This document shows, piece after piece, positions 61,301-64,000 of a stretch of 64,000 nt of DNA. The DNA comes from Ascidiella aspersa (lineage: Eukaryota): contig OZ004608.1 in NCBI GenBank assembly GCA_963924565.1, positions 15,934,001 through 15,998,000 on the forward strand. Direction: 5' to 3'. The notes beneath the pieces were generated by a model. That model saw only the letters and a list, made by a program, of their open reading frames with translations, was not told where the DNA came from and did no database searches. Each line of letters starts with the position of its first letter. Positions within the stretch are counted from its first letter, which is position 1. The position numbers and the translations under genes were made by a program.

Positions 61301-64000
61301 AATACACTGGGAAGGGGCGACAACTACTGGTAGGCAAAACTTTTTGTATACAAAGAGATTTGTGACATATGAGTTTATGCAGTTTACATCAAAGCTAAAA
61401 CCAACCTTAAAGTACTTTGTACAAAATGGGCACATTCTTTCGAATCCATCATCTTTTCTTTCAAATTCCTGGCGCAACAACAGTTTTTTCTGCAGTAACA
61501 AAAAACTATTTACAAAAAATAGGTTGAACGATCCACTGAGCATTTTTGTTAGAAAAAATTAATCAATTTATTTCTTTACAAATAAACACTTAATAGCAAC
61601 ACACCAGCTTGACCAATTGCAACTCTTCTCTGACTTTTTTGTCTTCGGGCAAAGCATCACAGAGAAGAAAAAATAGCTCGGACTCACAAATGTCTTTGCT
61701 TCCACTGTTGGTTCGAATGGTTGAGCAAAAATCTTTAAGTGATGCTTCAGCAAACCGCTTTCGCCAGTATACAGCATAGCTAGAAAAATCACTTAAATTA
61801 GTAATTTCACTGGCAATATTACTCAATTAGATATAACCCAGTTCATAGGTGCCACATTTTTTAAATTTTGGGTGCTATTTTCTACACAGTGCAAAATTGC
61901 CTAATAATGAGGTAAAAAGTTTGAGAGCTCTCCTAAATAAGAGCTGTAGCCTGATATCACTGATCCAGCTATTTCACCTTTTAAAATTTTATATTCTAAT
62001 GTTTGGGCTAAACAAGTTTCTACTTAAGTTGACAAAACGTAACAATAGCTTGAAAAAAATACATAAAACATAAAAAAACATAGTTTTGGGATTCTATATC
62101 CTCATATCTATATGGTAATTCAGGCAAGTTTAAACACTTTTCCTAAAATATGACTCTGCTACAGAAATTATTTTGTATATTTTTTTTTAACTCGGTCGAA
62201 TTGCTTGCCGTTGTGATGCCTTATGAGAAATCCAGGGCGTTTTGAAACGCTGTGCACACCAATGTTCGGCGCAAAATACTAGTCATTTCTAGCCTAACCT
62301 TGTTTACATTTATACATGTAATTTTGCATTTCCATTATAGTTTAGAAAGCATGCAAAAATTACACAGAAGATTTAATGCACACAATGGTGCTACTTTCAC
62401 TTTTCTCATCATGAAAAACAAAAAAAATAACAACCAACATTTCACCTTCTCAAATCAGCAATAAGCTTGACATCGGCAATGACAAGTTTGTGCTCGACGA
62501 TCAGATGACACAAGTACTCATCATGATTGGTTTTTACCTCAACATCAACTACAATATAGTTACACAGCATGCATGGTGTCTCATTATCGGAAAACTTTGT
62601 TCCAGTCGCGTTCACTGAAAGTGGAAGTTTTGAAATGTATATTTTTCTTTTTACTTCTAAAGTAACATGTTGTTGTTATTGTCTTTAAACTAAAAAATGA
62701 TGGAGTATTCTAGACACTTTAAAATGTTACTCAGAAAGTTGATTCTTGAGGATGCTATAATTTTATATTCTATTTTATTATTTTAGGTTGTGGTATTTGA
62801 AAAATAAAGAAGCATAACCTTTTAACTCCAACAGGCATTTTACTGAATGTATGACAATTTTTTTTTAATAACTTTAGAGAAATACAAGTTTTTATAGATT
62901 TCAACACCTATACATACCCTTAAGTGAAACATTATTGTTCTGTAGCATCAGCGGCTCCAGTATCAAACCTTGATGATTTTGCTCTTGTTCTTTTAGTTTT
63001 TCATCATACACATACTGAAAATAAAATATATACAACGCTGTATGCTCAATATCTTTAATGAAAAAATAAATGAAAAAAAAAGTTCAAAAGTACTGTAAAA
63101 GTAAACTGTCAAAAATCAATTTATTTTGCCATTTGCTATGCATATAAATACTAAATACAACTACTCACAGATTCACTTTGTAAGCATTCAGTTGGAATTG
63201 ACTGTTCTTTGACCTTTGGAAAAGTATAGATTTAGGACTACAGCCCAATTTCCATTAGCTAAATATATTTTATTAAGATCCCACACAAAAGCATAAGAAG
63301 ATTTAAACTAACAATATTACATACTAAAGCTAACTAAACTTACATGACTTTCCAGAGCAGAAAAGTTGGACATTCCTGTAAAATTTGCATTTTCATCAGG
63401 TAAGGCTTTTACAAGAGTATCTGAAGAGGAGTCATTGTCATTTTTAGGTTCATCCTTTTCTTTAGTATCATTCCTATTTGAACTTTTTTCAACAAGAATT
63501 GATTCTGTTGTACTTGAATCAGAAACAAATGTTGAGCTACTACCATTACCACCAGCAAGTGAAGAATGGTCCATCTCTTTTGAACCTATAAAATTTTCAA
63601 TCACATCTGTTTCTACTGAAGTTGATTCCAATTTGTAATTTGTTTCATCTTCTCCTTCTTTATCAGTATCAGTATTTTTTTCACAAGCAATAACTGAATC
63701 CCCAATTGATTTGTTGTCTTTAGATTCTTCTGTTTTAGAACAACTGTCCTTATTTTCAAGAGTGCCTTTTTGTGTGCTCATTACTACAGACTCATTTTTC
63801 TCGTTTAAATTTGGAGTTTGATTGACATGAATTGAACCAGAAATGGACTCAATCTTATTGGAGGCAATAATATTTTCCTCATTTGCAATGTCAGCTTCTA
63901 TGTTAGGAAAATTTGCTTCTGTCTGAACTTCTGATGTTGCTTCGTCTAAACTTGTCACTTTTTTAGACTTCACAGCCAAGTTAGGATCATCAACTGACTC
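13188..64000 (-). CDS. ZNF277: Zinc finger protein 277 orthologue, 13 exons in window, >=667 aa, 5' end outside window
   Basis: Exons 63344-64000, 63169-63213, 62918-63014, 62446-62614, 61605-61779, 61406-61489, 60897-60969, 60555-60600, 60213-60345, 57656-57714, 17313-17409, 13977-14167, 13188-13365; all introns are GT-AG with consistent phases. Diagnostic ZNF277 blocks occur in order: ILEPL, EHKLVIADVKLIAD, YWRKRF, LLCDALPED, HNFNIGHPDNIVN, LQCLFCEKLFKD, YIINYLELGKNW, DWSGW, FYQQIKLINYIRRQ, YYFPTYEDDTLLC. Confidence 0.95.
13977..14167 (-). CDS. ZNF277: ZNF277 exon
   Basis: DQHRFDFVAMRQEMQMSFYQQIKLINYIRRQ...DWNQP; donor GTAAGT. Confidence 0.93.
15568..15818. mobile_element. Fold-back (inverted-arm) repeat carrying hammerhead ribozyme motifs; probably Penelope-like-element derived
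   Basis: Arms ~15601-15695 and ~15722-15815 are reverse complements. Partial copies of the same family occur at 27015-27115 and 6412-6436/8044-8060. Confidence 0.75.
15721..15764 (+). ncRNA. Minimal type I hammerhead ribozyme motif (core intact, stem I degenerate)
   Basis: CUGAAGA-U-GAUAC[AAGCUC]GUAUC-GAAA-CGUC, with a 5-bp stem II, a palindromic ACGU stem III and a GUC cleavage triplet. Confidence 0.65.
17313..17409 (-). CDS. ZNF277: ZNF277 exon downstream of the 40-kb intron
   Basis: DWSGWYEASQTCVCFFCPESFEHSEDAYQHMK; its phase-2 acceptor matches the phase-2 donor at 57655. Confidence 0.93.
19850..20736 (+). promoter_or_regulatory. Candidate distal promoter and non-coding first exon of the nested TRIM-NHL gene
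   Basis: First GC/CpG-rich, purine-rich island upstream of the TRIM gene, with a G-tract cluster at 19981-20029, a CGGAAGT motif, and a strong donor CCG|GTGAGT at 20737. Confidence 0.35.
26713..26987. mobile_element. Non-autonomous hAT MITE
   Basis: Ends are CAGTGCTTCTC and GAGAATCACCG. Perfect 8-bp TSD ATAAAGAC at 26705-26712 and 26988-26995. Confidence 0.85.
27015..27115 (+). repeat. Single-arm copy of the 15568-15818 fold-back family
   Basis: ACGTCTTAATTAAGATAATGTCGATCTACTAGACCTTTTTAGCTTTGCAGTTCATTATTAAGCTACATTACAGATCCGTGCATAGT matches the arms at 15.6-15.8 kb. Confidence 0.85.
30261..30324 (+). other. Candidate non-coding 5'UTR exon of the TRIM-NHL gene
   Basis: TTTTTTTTAACAG acceptor and AAG|GTGAGT donor; stops in all three frames. 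Confidence 0.4.
33119..33174 (+). CDS. Candidate alternative first coding exon of TRIM-NHL (MAGAFPTNLCVFDEDEDDR)
   Basis: ATG-led, ends AG|GTAAGG in phase 2, in frame with the 43140 acceptor. Confidence 0.4.
41733..41797 (+). CDS. Candidate first coding exon of TRIM-NHL (MSPSRLRARSAPDYNIFKENIR)
   Basis: In-frame stop upstream of the ATG, C/G-ending codons like the core exons, phase-2 donor AG|GTTTGT in frame with 43140. Confidence 0.5.
43140..43374 (+). CDS. TRIM-NHL exon: RING finger
   Basis: MMASSIDLLTKINDEFLTCQICFETYTRPKSLNCQHTFCLGCLEEY...CPTCR. Confidence 0.95.
43140..56453 (+). CDS. TRIM-NHL E3 ubiquitin ligase (TRIM2/TRIM3-like; RING, B-box1, B-box2, coiled coil, 6 NHL repeats, Ser-rich tail), ~847 aa from ATG 43153
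   Basis: Exons 43140-43374, 44314-44598, 45588-45722, 46937-47095, 48696-48824, 49906-50130, 50762-50875, 51305-51457, 53197-53414, 54028-54175, 54519-54687, 55210-55314, 55708-55875, 56140-56453; all GT-AG with matching phases. C3HC4 RING: CQIC..CQHTFCLGC..CPTCR..GLKDNFF. Example NHL repeat: FGAEGPERGQFQGPRGVCTD..ILVADCWNHRVDIF. Confidence 0.95.
44314..44598 (+). CDS. TRIM-NHL exon: B-box 1
   Basis: CDTC..AISRCLDCTDFLCTECSTWHIRTKLTRHHKIV. Confidence 0.95.
45588..45722 (+). CDS. TRIM-NHL exon: B-box 2
   Basis: (YCM)IHDGEVAKIYCQSCQCPICHECVECGHARH. Confidence 0.93.
46937..47095 (+). CDS. TRIM-NHL exon: coiled coil
   Basis: IENLLKTAKEKTDVLRRMQSTLKDIK...FINAIHK; phase 0/0. Confidence 0.9.
48473..48654. 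repeat. Local ~53-bp imperfect direct repeat (48473-48525 and 48602-48654), intronic
   Basis: CGATTCCGCCTTGTTC(T/C)AGCAACACAC(G/A)GTAT...ATACACC...GAACTT occurs twice. Confidence 0.8.
48696..48824 (+). CDS. TRIM-NHL exon: coiled coil
   Basis: RKQELVDELHNMHATEIKRI...SCMEFSRK. Confidence 0.9.
49906..50130 (+). CDS. TRIM-NHL exon: end of coiled coil and linker
   Basis: VLEYGTPKEVLGLNNQMTQILHQLL...EQVSK; donor GTGAGT. Confidence 0.9.
50176..50452. mobile_element. Degenerate MITE-like element
   Basis: Imperfect inverted ends AGGTTGCCAC and GTGGCAAATCT around an AT-rich interior; no clean TSD. Confidence 0.35.
50762..50875 (+). CDS. TRIM-NHL exon: linker to NHL domain
   Basis: ILRQLDSFCVSDSALVVKQNGRVHFHREESTETKLVLQ; phase 0/0. 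Confidence 0.88.
51305..51457 (+). CDS. TRIM-NHL exon: NHL repeat 1
   Basis: LGKQGISDGEFESTPNLAVNSVNEVITADFDGAKIQIFDKQGNF. Confidence 0.92.
53197..53414 (+). CDS. TRIM-NHL exon: NHL repeats 2-3
   Basis: KPAGIAILHNDDIVV..FGKGQFGNCSSIAVDADNRIVVADVGKHCISI. Confidence 0.93.
54028..54175 (+). CDS. TRIM-NHL exon: NHL repeat 4
   Basis: GKLVTQFGAQGKGESKLVEPRYVACDSQCNVIVSDGGDCSVKKF. Confidence 0.93.
54519..54687 (+). CDS. TRIM-NHL exon: NHL repeat 5
   Basis: GEFLLSFGAEGPERGQFQGPRGVCTDRYDNILVADCWNHRVDIFTPDG. Confidence 0.93.
55210..55314 (+). CDS. TRIM-NHL exon: NHL repeat 6
   Basis: ADSLHFPWCITLTSSGRLVLSEDYSWSVKVF. Confidence 0.92.
55708..55875 (+). CDS. TRIM-NHL exon: C-terminal tail
   Basis: CTAAC branch point at 55683; phase 1/1; YRNSSSISSMDEIMSPTP...SWWLTSP. 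Confidence 0.8.
56140..56453 (+). CDS. TRIM-NHL last exon: Ser-rich tail to stop
   Basis: CAGCAG acceptor; ...KKSSSSDSDLTSV...PGLVNGS* (TAG 56451-56453). Confidence 0.85.
56968..56973 (+). terminator. Candidate polyadenylation signal of the TRIM-NHL gene
   Basis: First AATAAA after the stop, about 515 nt downstream; a second lies at 57063-57068. Confidence 0.5.
57656..57714 (-). CDS. ZNF277: ZNF277 exon upstream of the 40-kb intron
   Basis: ELGKNWETLQSESERLDPN; donor GTAAGT, phase 2. Confidence 0.92.
58359..58490. mobile_element. Second fold-back repeat family with a central hammerhead ribozyme; probably Penelope-like-element derived
   Basis: Arms 58359-58408 and 58441-58490 are near reverse complements, with a perfect core TTCTCGACAAGCTTTCGCA / TGCGAAAGCTTGTCGAGAA. 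Weak remnants lie at ~9515 and ~60490. Confidence 0.75.
58392..58431 (-). ncRNA. Minimal type I hammerhead ribozyme (core and stems intact)
   Basis: The minus strand reads UUUGAC-CUGAUGA-A-GCA[CGGUUU]UGC-GAAA-GCUU-GUCGAG: 6-bp stem I, 3-bp stem II, palindromic AGCU stem III. Predicted cut between 58398 and 58397. Confidence 0.72.
60213..60345 (-). CDS. ZNF277: ZNF277 exon (C2H2 finger)
   Basis: LQCLFCEKLFKDRASLREHMRKKVHRRLNPKNKSYDKYYIINYL. Confidence 0.95.
60555..60600 (-). CDS. ZNF277: ZNF277 exon
   Basis: VNVREFLDEIQQMLDA. Confidence 0.9.
60897..60969 (-). CDS. ZNF277: ZNF277 exon
   Basis: GNRILLFNHMTEDHNFNIGHPDNI. Confidence 0.92.
61406..61489 (-). CDS. ZNF277: ZNF277 exon
   Basis: KKLLLRQEFERKDDGFERMCPFCTKYFK. 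Confidence 0.92.
61605..61779 (-). CDS. ZNF277: ZNF277 exon
   Basis: YAVYWRKRFAEASLKDFCSTIRTNS...FLLCDALPEDKKVREELQ. Confidence 0.94.
62446..62614 (-). CDS. ZNF277: ZNF277 exon (first C2H2 finger)
   Basis: PCMLCNY...YLCHLIVEHKLVIADVKLIADLR. Confidence 0.93.
62918..63014 (-). CDS. ZNF277: ZNF277 exon (ILEPL motif)
   Basis: YVYDEKLKEQEQNHQGLILEPLMLQNNNVSLK. Confidence 0.85.
63169..63213 (-). CDS. ZNF277: ZNF277 45-nt exon in the N-terminal extension
   Basis: VKEQSIPTECLQSES; phase 0/0; donor GTGAGT. Confidence 0.7.
63344..64000 (-). CDS. ZNF277: ZNF277 large acidic low-complexity N-terminal exon (open at window edge)
   Basis: 219 uninterrupted E/S/D/N/K-rich codons ending LESH|GTAAGT, in phase with the downstream exons. 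Confidence 0.75.

Overview
Eukaryotic genomic DNA with GT-AG introns, probably from an invertebrate chordate such as an ascidian. That assignment is inferred from gene content, short introns and patchy CpG depletion, and is not proven. From left to right: (1) the 3' end of an arylsulfatase B/I/J-like gene (+). (2) Two compact 4-exon orphan genes (+) that share an EDWLRxCxxxI motif. The second carries PP1-docking-type SILK and RVxW motifs and has a triple-nested transposon stack in one intron. (3) An intronless atypical 7TM/GPCR-like gene (-). (4) A 13-exon ZNF277 orthologue (-) running from beyond 64000 down to 13188. One of its introns is 40.2 kb (17410-57655) and contains a complete antisense TRIM-NHL gene (RING, two B-boxes, coiled coil, 6 NHL repeats, Ser-rich tail; 14 core exons) plus about 23 kb of CpG-rich islands with candidate alternative first exons. 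Two unrelated fold-back repeats in other ZNF277 introns contain minimal type I hammerhead ribozyme cores of the kind known from Penelope-like elements. Exon models were built by hand from splice sites and frame/phase continuity. No database searches were run.
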